A model generated the notes under the pieces. It searched no databases. It was not told the DNA's origin and worked only from the letters and a program-made list of their open reading frames with translations. Positions 1 to 11,449 of a stretch of DNA of 64,000 nucleotides are shown here, piece after piece; the stretch's first letter is position 1; every line of letters starts with the position of its first letter. This DNA is from Podarcis cretensis (Eukaryota). Where the stretch lies: the NCBI GenBank assembly GCA_951804945.1, contig OX638159.1, positions 61,814,001-61,878,000 of the forward strand, written 5' to 3'. The position numbers and the translations under genes are program-made.

Positions 1-184
1 AGATTATATTCTTATGAAACATAGGGCTAGAAAAATGAGAGTTGATTCAAATATGATTTAAAAGCAAGACCTTGTCTCTCTCTCCTAATGGATGCATCAC
101 TTTAATTAACCATCCCACCAAGCCATGTGCACACACACACACACACACACACATGTATACCTGTAACTCATGCTAACGCTTCAT

Positions 185-315
185 GCCTCTGATGAAGTGG
201 ACAGTAGCCCACAGAAGCTGGTGCCACAATAAATCTGCGGGCTTTTAAGGTGTCCCAAGACACTTTCTCGTCGTTTTTGTTGCAAGATACTGAGACAGCG
301 ACCTGTCTGGAAATT
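185..315 (+). mobile_element. Decayed Penelope-like 3' end with degenerate hammerhead core
   Basis: CTGATGA-agtgg..ccac-AGAAGCT followed by aataaa and ttaaggtg. Same layout as the intact copy at 23844-24207 but diverged. Confidence 0.5.
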
Positions 316-530
316 GTCACTTGAACCATTTATTTTTTAAAAAAAGAAAAGAAAAGAAAAGAATCCCACCGTACCTCAAAAGCTGCAGGCAGGTACCTTA
401 AATCAATATCCAAAATGCATTTAATGAATTCAGATAAACCTCCTGCCAATGTTCATAAATTTGTTTAGGAAAGTGGATGCTTTCTGCAGCTCGTTTTATG
501 AACGGGAAGATAATCCACTTGAAAATATTG

Positions 531-562
<32 letters not shown>

Positions 563-1689
563 ATCTAGAACAAAGCAACTAATCAACATTTATATATAGA
601 TCTCCCTCTCTCTCTCTGTCTGTCTAAACAGAGTAACTTGCAGGCTGCAAAAGCTCTCCTTTCTCAACACACTCGTATTTTCCCTGCCTCTAGTAGAAGC
701 TTATGCCACCAGATGTTTCTGCGAGATTTCATTTAAAGCTAAGAAAAATTGCTTTGAGCTACATGTTGTATTTTTTTTTTAATCCGATGCCTGCTTCTCC
801 CTCCCCGCCCCCCCCCCCCCAATAACAACAGTGAGGAAGGAGGACGGTGGGTTGGAGCGGGAGGGGGGGGGAGAGATCCTACTTCTTTTATTACAGTGTG
901 ACTTAATTAAGTATAATGCATTGTTCCTATAAACATTTAAGAAACCTGGTGCCTACTGCGAGAGCGGAGCGAAAATGTTTACTCGCCTATCAATGAGCAA
1001 AATAACCCCCCACCCCAAGAAACTGCACCGAGACGGTTCAGGGTAGAATTTTTACCTTTTATAAGGAAAGGAGCCCCACTGTAATACAGCCTCCTTTCCC
1101 CCTCCCCAAATCACCCTCTTATAGCCGAGGAAAAAAATGCCAAGCTAATTTGAAGGAAAAATAATTAACAGCCCAGACAGAATTGGAAACACAGACACAA
1201 ATGGAGATAGCTATGACACGGATAATAACAATCACCACTTTCACTATCATATCACCACCACAACAAGAAAAGACCTCTGATGTCCAGGTTGCCTTCATAT
1301 CTGTAGTTCTTTTATTAGCAATGTTTTAGGAGAGAGAGGATACTAAAAAAAAAAAAAAAAAAAAATAGAGAGAGAGATTTAAATAGTTTTTAAAAAAATC
1401 TCGCCAGCACAACCTCGTTTTATTTGGGTTATTTTGTTTTTTCTCTGTCTCTCTCTGCTTTTCCTTCTCAAACAAAAGGCTTTCTTTTTCTCCTAGCCAT
1501 TACTGGAAGGAAAAGTCGAGATGGTTGGGTTTGCAGAAGCTGGAAAATAAGAATAAGGATAATATTTTTCTTTAAAAAATAATAATAAAAAATAAGAAAT
1601 GCAAAAAGAAGGGGGAGCGGCCCTACCCCCCATAAAAAATATTAAGGAAAAAAAATTGCGAAAAATCGCTTGGCTTCTGCAAAATGCAA

Positions 1690-2101
1690 CCGCTCCCCGT
1701 TTGCTCGGTTACCACAATAGACATTGACTCTCTCTCTCTCTCTCTCAAAGAACCATGCGCCTGACGCTATTTATAGCCAAGGCAAGGACTGGAATCTACC
1801 ACTGGGCAGGCAGACGGGGGTGGGGGTGGGGTGGGGGTGAAGTGGGAGGAGGGGCGAGGGGGTTCGGTGGAACCAAAGCGAAAGAAAGTGCCCCTCCAGC
1901 CCCCACCCGCCTCCCCCCGGTCTCCATCCCTCCCCACCCCCGCCCGCGCCTCTCCCCCTCCCTCCCGCCCCCTACCCCCCAGCCTCACTGGCATTTTGAA
2001 CCGATCCAGCCTGTTTAAACGGAAAGGACAGAGATCCTGGCTGTTCAATGTATTAAAAAAAAATCAGTTCAGACCTAGAGAGCGAGAGCGAGAGAGAGAG
2101 C

Positions 2102-2135
<34 letters not shown>

Positions 2136-2304
2136 GGAGTGAATGTGTGTGTGTGAGAGAGTGTGTATGTGTGTTCCTGTGTGAGAGTGTGTATGTGTGC
2201 GAGAGAGAGAGGGAGTGTGTGTGAGAGAGAGAAAGAGGGAGCGGGAGAGAGGAACAGAGGAAGCGAGGGGGGGTGGGAAAAAAAGGAAAAGAAGATTTTT
2301 CTCT
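1690..2304 (+). promoter_or_regulatory. CELF4: CELF4 proximal promoter / 5'UTR (TSS not determinable)
   Basis: GC-rich, CpG-retaining region directly upstream of the start codon. G-run block 1816-1863, C-run block 1892-1980, GA/GT repeat leader 2078-2277. Confidence 0.7.
1762..1776. promoter_or_regulatory. Half-CRE (TGACG) abutting a consensus MEF2 site (CTATTTATAG)
   Basis: TGACG at 1762-1766; CTATTTATAG at 1767-1776 matches CTA(A/T)4TAG exactly. Confidence 0.55.
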
Positions 2305-2584
2305 ATGTATATAAAGATGGCCACGTTAGCAAACGGACAAGCAGACAATCCCAGCCTCAGTAGCAACCACACTAACCCCAACACCAACGGGCACATGAAC
2401 GGATTAAATCACAGTCCAGGGAACACATCCACCATTCCCATGAAGGACCACGATGCCATCAAGCTCTTTATTGGGCAAATCCCTCGCAACCTGGACGAGA
2501 AGGACCTGAAACCTCTCTTTGAAGAGTTCGGAAAGATCTATGAACTGACGGTGCTGAAGGACAGGTTTACTGGCATGCACAAAG
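2305..2584 (+). CDS. CELF4: CELF4 (CUGBP Elav-like family member 4) coding exon 1: N-terminus and first part of RRM1
   Basis: Translates [94 protein letters not shown]. The [15 protein letters not shown]-terminus is the one I recognise for CELF4, and KLFIGQIP is RNP2 of CELF RRM1. Similarity stops at AAAG|GTGAGG (phase-1 donor at 2585). A second in-frame ATG lies at 2317. Confidence 0.95.
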
Positions 2585-2857
2585 GTGAGGTCCGCTTCTT
2601 AACTTTCCCCCTTATTCGCAGGGGCTTGGAGGAGGGGAGAGTCCGGGGAAGGAGGTGGTGCTGGTGGGGGGCAGATCCTGCTAGGTTGGAAGCCCATAAA
2701 GAGAGGAGGTGGGGGTGGTGGAAGGCTGATCTCTTATAGATCCGACTGATCTCCAGGGTGGGGGAAGTTTAAACACAAATGTAGCTAGCAAGAGCCCACC
2801 AGGGAAACGAAGGGAGGGACCGCAACTCTCCATAAGGGTGCATGGGAAACGATGGAC

Positions 2858-2886
2858 GGAGCTGTCCAGCGGCTCGTGGTGCTGAA
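2858..2886 (-). promoter_or_regulatory. Non-canonical (long-spacer) RE1/NRSE REST site
   Basis: Minus strand reads TTCAGCACC-acgagccgct-GGACAGCTCC: both RE1 half-sites in the correct order, with a 10-nt instead of 2-nt spacer. Confidence 0.7.
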
Positions 2887-5800
2887 ACGGGCTGCTGCTA
2901 TTTGGGTTGTGCGGACTCTGCCCAAACACAGAGGCGTTGGGTAGGTGGGTGGACGGGAAGGAAGCGGAGAAAGGGAGGTGGTGGTTATTTTGCAGCCGGT
3001 CCCAGACCAGACAACGGCGGACCCTAGAAGAGGGGGGAAATTAATAGGGCGGAGGGGGAGGAAGAGAGCTAAGGAACGGGTGTTAGGATTTTCTGCTCTT
3101 TTGCTAAAGAAGTCCTCACCGTGGAATCCCAAAGAAGAAAGAAATCGGCAGTGTTGTGTGTCTCTGTATACTTAGCCAGCTAGATAAAGAGAAGAGAATT
3201 ACTGAGAGGGGAGAAGAGGTTTTTAGCGATGCATCCGGAGCGAAGCATGTGTGGGCTGTTCAGGCATCCACTTCTGGAGACGGGGGTGTGGGGGTATATC
3301 TCACTGGGTCAGCAGCGGAGAGGGGAGCTCAGGAACTTTTTAATGACGGTGATCAGAGTTTCCTTTTTTGAGGGGAGGGATGGAGTGGGGGGGGGGAACC
3401 GTGATGTGGAACCCGTCTGCTTCTTTCTTCGGCTGAAACCTTCCTTCTTATTTTCCTCACTCGCGGGGGTTTGGGATGGAAGTCCACTAGCGTTTCCCTC
3501 CTCCTTTCTTCCACCCGGGTTCCCCCTGCAATGCTTCGGTTTTGTAGTTTAAAGACCACAAAAGGGGAGGAAGTGTATGTTTGTTTGGGGGGGTGGAGAG
3601 TGAGGAGAGGGCTTGCGAAAGGCATGCCAGTGTATCGATCGCGTTGCCTGAAAAGTGGGACTGAAGTGAATAAGTTGGATGCGATTGACCTAAAGGACTG
3701 GTTTAGGCATAAGCAAGTAGATAAAGTCTGGCGGGGGGAAGAACTGCTTTGCTCTACTCGGGGTTTTCTCTGTTTGCTTTTCTCTTATGGGTTTGCCTTT
3801 CCACTTCTAGGTTCAGAAGAGGTAATAATAGTAATAGTAATAATGTAGAATACATGGGAAACTTCAATAAGGGAGAACCAAAATGTGGAAGAGGTGCATG
3901 GGGCTGGGGTGGGGATCTAGCCGCCAGATTTCCCTTCCCACTTCAAATCCCAGAAAAATGCTTGCCAACGTGTTAAGCCAGCCGTGTGTGTCCAGCAGTA
4001 AATCTTCAAAAAGTTAATGGCACGTTTTGAATCCCCCCTCATGCCCCCAATCCGCTAGGGGATAGTTATGCAAATAGAAAGTTATTTTTAAAAGAGGAAG
4101 AGTTGATGTTGCAAAGGGGTGGGGGAAGGGAAAGGGAGAGAGGATGCTGCACAGGAGAAACTCTGGGGGTGGCAACTGACAACTGCCTTTCTTTCCTTCA
4201 CTACAGCCACCCCCCCCCTTCTCTCCTCTGCAGTCACTACAAACCAGAATCTTATTTTGCCATCCATTCAAGCTTTCTGGAAGGTGGGGTTCTTGAGGCT
4301 TAATAAGAGAGGTGTAGATTTGATGGGTAGCTTCATCCCCTTTAGGCGATGTCTTTTATTGTTTTTTGGGTGGTGGTTGTTCTCCACTACCATCAATGCA
4401 CGGAAAGTTTATAAAGCTTTTCTAAGTAAATACAAATTCTACATCAAGAGATTACTTGAAAGGGAAAAAAGAAGGAGAAGGATGTGTGTGTATTTCAAGG
4501 ATCTTTTTATTATTTAACGGTTGGCTCATGGCTCTTTTATTTTCATTTAAGAGAGCACACATGTACACACATATTATAATTATGACAAAGAGTCCTGAAC
4601 AGACGAAAGTCCAATAGATAATACCTGTCCTATTTTGTCTAGGTTTGGGAAGCCAGATGTTAACATTTTAATGACGAAGGAGGTTTCTTGAATCATTTAT
4701 TTATTTAGTTTTAGGCTATTTTATTGTGTGCTTCGTGTAACCCACCCAGACCTCAAGGGATAGGAAGTGCCAGAGAAACTAGCAAATGGGCTTTGTTAGA
4801 ATCCAGAAAACTTGCGCCTCTTTCATTCAGAGAATCTCCATCCCACTCTCCCCGTTAAGCCTTTGCCTTCCCTGGGTTGCTTAGTTTTAGGGCAGAGTCT
4901 TGCTCAAGGCATGCTTAACTTTCACTCCTCGGCATCTTACTGTATTTCAAGGTGAATCGTAAGGACTGTCCAAGTGTCAAGGTATAAGCCCTTCAGGCCA
5001 ATTTGCATAAGTACAAGCTTGTTTAGTAACCAGGTTCATTTTTTAATCTCTCAGAGCAGCGAGGGGAACGTACAGCAGCCAACCCAACCCAATCCCTCTC
5101 ATTATTCATATGGCACGGCAGGAGGATTTACTGTGGTTTCCAAAGGCACCCAGGGCTGAAACTCCTGGCCTGATTTAGCCCATCTGAGAAGAGTCCTCTG
5201 TGATGTTACAGATTTGCTCACTAATCCTGATAAAAATGTGCCTTTGGCTACCTAGTGTGTGTTGGGGGGGGGGGAGGAATTGCTTGCCACTGCTGGTTAA
5301 TTAGTGGAAAGTCAAAAAGCATGACAGGGCTTGGAGAAACAGGATCATATTTATCTTACCATTTTCCCCTGCCTCCCTCTTTTCATGACTGCATTTAAAT
5401 CAGAAACTAATGCAACCATAAGAATCCATACAATTTCCTTCCTTCATCTGCTCTGGTTGCTATACCATTCTCTGCTCATTCACATCCGGTAGTGGGAAGA
5501 AAATGCTTTCCATAGGTGAGGCAGGGACAAATACCTCTAGCGGTACTTATTTGCAGACCTTCCTAGGCAGGTATGTCTCTCACTGAAATAGCTTATGGAA
5601 TGATTGAGAGAAGTGGCTTTGTTTATGAAGCCTGCCACAAACCTCTAAACATTGTACTGTATTAGACTACAGTCACTTATTCAGGGCAGGTAAGTGTGCT
5701 GAAATCCACCGAGTTACTTCAGAGTGCAATGTTGTGGCTGTGTTTGTGTGTGAACGCACACACACCGTTGGGTTTTGTTGTGCCTTGGCTAAAAGGTCTC

Positions 5801-7729
5801 ATATAGATAGTTTGCCGTGCAATCAAACAGATCCTCTTAGAATGAAGACCAATTGAGTTCAACAGGGCTTGCTCCTAGATTAGAAGGGACTCTGTCCACT
5901 TCCTGGGGAGTAAGTCCCATTGTCAGTAGCATAGTAAGAGAGAAAGAAATGGGCATAACTAGTTTAAAGATGCACAGAAAAACTCCCACCAGAGATCTGT
6001 CCTTCTCATTCGGGTTCTAGGAAGGTGAAATGAAATTTAAGATCTGGTAGTTCTATGCAAATTCCAGATAAAATATAATCTGTGTGTCAACTGCTGATTC
6101 GGCTTAGATTGGTAGAGCGCTGTACTCTTTTTTCCTTTTGTTTTTTTTGAGGGGGCAGGAAAGTACTTGAGGAAGGTAGCCCCTGCAGGGATTTTGTTCA
6201 CAGTTTATCTAGATCATTGACAGGCAGACGTCTTGGCAGCTCAAACCATCCCACCCATTTTTGCAACATATACAAACATACAAAGCAAGTTAGCTAATCA
6301 GACGCACTGACAACAAATTCATTCACAACTCCCCCACCCAATTCACGCTTAGCAGAGGCATCTGTTTTAGGTCTGAGTTACTCAGAGGCATAAAGGTTAG
6401 TGGTCTCAGGACAGACATATTATAATGCGTTATCTTTGGAAATAATTTAAGGCCAATTAAGTGGCATTTAAGCCTAATATTTATAAATGAATGAAATCAA
6501 AACAGGACCATCCCAAGTGGTTTTCAATAGTATTTCTTCCTATCCATGCTTGATCCGTAACCAAGGCCCGCAGTGCGTTTTTAACTGGGATATACCATCT
6601 TTTTTTGGTAGTCCTTAGGAAGTCAGGCTAGATCTGGTAGTGAGATTTAGCAAACACAAACACACATACACAGGGTTTAATGGGCTTTTAAAAGCAGAGT
6701 TGTGAGAAGGATCATAAGCATTGAGGACTCCATTACCCTGAAAGATAGGGTGTCCTTTCAAATCGCATCTGAGCAACGCAGCTCATGGAAAATTGTTACT
6801 ATCCATCACCAAGGTGGTGGGGTGCGTGTCTCCCCCACCCCCACAATAAAAGGCCAAACCTCACATTCAGTAAATATGCATAGCTAAAAAGAGGTAATAT
6901 GGGGGAGAATAGTTTATTTCAACTGTCGTCTGTTTCCCTTCTCAGAAACATAGGTCATTTTCGGAGTCGAAAACACCTGGTCTTATAAGTCCACAAATTA
7001 CCCAATTCACAATAGTCTCTTTTATTAGAGAGAAGCCAGAGTGGGAGAGACAGATGTGAATTAAAGCTTTGTTCAACCTCAGTGCAATATCAGTTTTCAG
7101 GTTAGCTGTGAGATTTAGAAGTGCAATGATTGTTAAATTAAGATGCACTGTACGGAGCGATAAAAAAAGACTTGGGGAAATGAAAATGTACTCAGAAAGG
7201 GACACAGCTAAATACAGGTGTTGAATAAATGCCTCCATAATTGAAACATAAGGCTTGCGTGACTGAAAGCAACCTGCTTAGTCTTTAGTTGGGTTGTAAT
7301 CCAGATCGAGTTTCAAAGAGGGAATACACATACACACACAAAACAGCATCAAAGTGGGAGGGGGTAGCATTCTACCTGCAGCCAAAAAGAACCAACTGTT
7401 AAACCAACAAACCACAGTGGGTTAGTTTTATGACAAAGAAATAATAATCCATTTTCCTTCTCCAATCGCAATACCCATGAATGTGGAAGTATGTGGGTTT
7501 GTTTGTTTTTTAGAATGGCAAATGAAGAGCTTCCTTGCCTCACCCTGCCAAAAGTAAAACCTATTTGTGATAGTATTCTAAATAAATATTGTATTCTTAC
7601 TCACCCTTGCATTAATCACTCTAGTAATATTAAAGGTATCCTGGTGCATGTTGTGTGTGTGTGCTTAAAGTTTCTACTTTAATGAATAGTTATCCCACAT
7701 TTTCTCCCTCACATAGGACCTATTGGCAC

Positions 7730-7819
7730 CATAGCTGTCAACTTTTACCTTTTCTTGTGAGGAATCCTATTCAGAATAAGGGAATTTCGCTTAAAAAGGG
7801 GGAAACGTTGACAGCTATG
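7730..7819. mobile_element. 90-bp hAT-type MITE (TIR CATAGCTGTCAAC)
   Basis: Perfect 13-bp TIRs; interior similar to the copy at 19728-19820; TSD not preserved. Confidence 0.75.
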
Positions 7820-8951
7820 CCTATTGCTCTAAGGGAGTTCTCTCAGGTGTTTTATTTGGATACCATAAACATATTTTCTGACTCAGAGATGTGGAGAAAT
7901 TCAAATTATTTTTTGTTATTCCACAATAGCCCACATTCCAGTGCCTCTTATTGGCGGAAGAACATGGGCACGTCAGAGGAGACAGGTAACAGGACAATTG
8001 CCTCCCTGTACCTTGAAGAGAACAAAGGAAAAGAAGGCATGTTCAGACCAATTGGTTGTGGATGTAACAAGGGATGACAATTCTGATTGTGAAAATAAAT
8101 ACTTTAGAGACATAATCACTGCAGCAATTGGCTGCAGATGTTGGGCCTCTCATGTCCTTGCTCTTGGATGTTGAGGAAGGGCCTGTTCCTATATAAATCT
8201 CTCCATTTAAGATAATCAGGGAGGCCATTCTTCAGGAGAGGTATCACCTAGGACTTTAGGATTAGGTACTGATTTTACAAAACACTTTCTGTAGTGATAT
8301 ATGTAGATGCACAGTCCTATTAGACTCCAGGATGAAAGATGGGGGTCTTTCTGTTTAATCTAACTTGCTCCTGGGCTAATTTTAGTATAACAAGTCTCTG
8401 GCTGTTTTAATCACACTTCCTTTCTGTATTATTGATTTTTAATCTATTGTTTCCTCCTTTGAGGAGTTTACAAGGGGGGGGGGAGTGTAACAACAATAAT
8501 GCAGAGAATACGAAGTATAAGAAAGTTTGCAGTGACTTACTCAACATTGCTGAAAGCTGTTGGCATGCAGCAAAGTAGTCTCCATGGAAAGGGTGTGGGG
8601 GAGTTACCATACTTTTGTCGACTGTGGCAAAAAGTTGGTAAGAATTAGTTGGTAGTCCATTGAGAACTGGATAACACTGAGACAAGGGCAGTCCTGATGT
8701 CTGTGGAAGAAATAGCAGGAACTCTGACCTGTTATTCATTGAAAGGTGCAGTCATGTTTCCCAATGCTGGTTTGGAAGTGGTAGTTTGGAAAGCTGTGAC
8801 GTCTTTTGCTTTTAGAAATTGAATGTGCTCCATGAATACTTATGCTTGCCCCACCAAGCAGAGAGGCTTATGACTCCAAAGCAGTTGAGCTAGAATCCCA
8901 TATTTATCAGCTGAGAGCCAACAACAGTTTGGTAATCTTGGGGAAGGGGTA

Positions 8952-8984
<33 letters not shown>

Positions 8985-8989
8985 TAATT

Positions 8990-9273
8990 GTTATTATTTA
9001 TACCCCGCCATCTGGCTGGGTTTCCCCAGCCACTCTGGGCGGCTTCCAACAAAATACAATAGCCTATTAAACACTAAAGCTTCCCTAAACAGGGCTGCCT
9101 TCAGATGTCTTCTAAAAGTCTGGTAGTTGTTTTTCTCTTTAACATCTGGTGGTAGGGTGTTCCACAGGGCGGGTGCCACTACCGAGAAGGCCCTCTGCCT
9201 GGTTCCTTGTAACTTGGCTTCTCACAGCGAGGGAACCACCAGAAGGCCCTCAGCGCTGGACCTCACTGTCCAG
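8990..9273 (-). mobile_element. L2 LINE 3' fragment
   Basis: Minus-strand peptide APALWNTLPPDVKEKNNYQTFRRHLKAALF; same family as 20076-20630; adjacent (TAA)n tract. Confidence 0.8.
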
Positions 9274-11416
9274 TACATTCATTTCCAGTCATTGACTCCA
9301 GACAAATAACAGTTTTATCCTGAACTGGAGGTATCTGTGAATTGTACCCGAGTTTAGATTCAGATTTTACAGTTGCTTCTTGTGGTCATGGTAAATGTTT
9401 CACGTCTTACTACTTGTTGATTCTGGCTTCAGAGCTCATTTGCACAGATAGAGAAACCACTTTGTTCAGCCTTCAGAGTGATGGACCTAGAGGTGCAAAG
9501 TGACCCTCAGCCTTGGTTCAGTCTACCAGAGGAAGTTGTGCAGCCACAAAGAGAGGGATCCAGCTTTCCATTATGGCCATCGGTTTCACTCTTGTGGTGT
9601 CACAAGCACATCCAGAAATTGCAGCTCACAAACTCAGATAAATTCCGCTATATATGTATGACATAATAACTCACACAAACCAAGACCATTCCCAATTCAT
9701 GATGGCTTCACTCCATTAAGCATCAGTTGAGCTGCCTGTCTGGATCTATCATTGCTCATAGATGAGCACGCATTGAATTGTGGTTTCCAGATGCCTCTTT
9801 ACAAACAGTTGTTTACTCTAACATCTGTTAGTGCCGCTTATTATAATTATTTGGATCAGGCTCCTGATTCTTTGGAAATCTTCTTTATGGGGAACCAGAA
9901 TTGTTTCTTGGATTACTGTGTGGCCATTGTTATTCTGGTTGTCACAGATATTTAGGCATATTCAGCGCAGTGTTTGACAATAGCAAAGTCAAACTTTAAC
10001 AGGGCCCAACAATTTATTTGTAGAAACTTCTCCTTTTAGAGATGCTGGTGCTGTGAATCTTCCAGGGCCAAGAACCTGTTTTATGCTTGGAACTCCATTG
10101 TACTGAAATGCTTTTTGTCCCCTTCTAAATGCCTCAAGATATTTCACCTGGACAGGCCAGATGAATCCACCTTGAATTTCACTTGCAACAAAAGTATGTA
10201 GTAACTCTGTGGCAACTGGTAAAGCTTACTTTTAGATTTGTGTCGCTGGCTAGACTGAAAGTTAAAAGAGGAAAGTGTTGCTTTGGTCTGGCTCAGCCCG
10301 GACCTTTTCCACCCAACTTTCATAGCCATACAAATATACAAAAATATGATTGGATGCTGTTCGAAGGGGAGGGGGAGTCTTAGACCCGTCCTCCCAAATG
10401 CTGTTCCGCTTGCTTGCTGCCGCAGTGCCTGGCATGAGCTCAGGAAAGGGTGTCATTCTGGACTTCACATTTGTTTGTGTTTGTCATCTGGTGCCACTGC
10501 TGGGATGCAACTTGCGGGCGAATGCAGTTTTTTATTGTGCATTCATTATACACAAAAGACATCTTCTCTGGGATGGGGAGAGAGAGAAAGAGAGAGAGAA
10601 GTCTTATTATTGCAGCTCCTTAAAATAAAGACGGATGACAACTCAAAGCCTCTTGAATAAAGTGCCCAACCGTATGTAGCGGCTAAAAATAAATCATAAT
10701 CAGCTGGCAAAATGAATGGCGAGACATATAGATATAGACATTGTGTTAGGTTTGTCAAGACGGAGCAACCAAAATATATTGATCAAGGTGAGGGAGGAGG
10801 CAAAATGATAATTAACTGGACTCCAGCAAGATTTTAATTGACAATGACTCCCGTGAACCAGTTCTGGACAGTGTATATAAACTGACCACAATGCAACTTT
10901 ATTGCAAGTTGCTCGCCTTTAATTAATTGTCTCCTTCGTTAAGACTGACTACAGATCAAAGGTTTTAAAGATACTTAGCAGGTTCTTAGTAACGAAGCCT
11001 TCAGATGCATTAGAAATATCCGACAGCTTGGCCAATGAGGCGTACCAATTTCGATCTACCTCATCGTCGTGCATTTATTCCTTCCTCTCTGCTTTAGCAT
11101 GGACAACCTTTGCTTAAACTTTAACTATTTCCTAGAGTAGCTACCAGAGCCTTAGGTGAGGGTGGGGTGGTGACACCGCCACATTGTAGGTGCCAGTTAA
11201 AGGCAATTCTGCAAAAGATTTCCCAGCAAAATTATCGGAAAGGAAATAGCGCAGAAAATACATTTCTAAAATAAGGCAAAGGAAGACAAATGTTGGTACT
11301 TGGAGCCATAACTTCACGTAACACAGTATGCCCTTGCCTGTCTGTGTCTATAGCAACTTGTTTCAACACTAAATCTACAAAAGGTTTATTAGCCAGGCTA
11401 ATGTTGTTCCGATTAA

Positions 11417-11449
<33 letters not shown>

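Noticed and set aside
2197-2739. 180-aa ORF as a complete protein
   Set aside because: Only 2305-2584 resembles CELF4. The upstream part is translated GA/GT repeat with no ATG at 2197; the downstream part is read-through past the GT donor.
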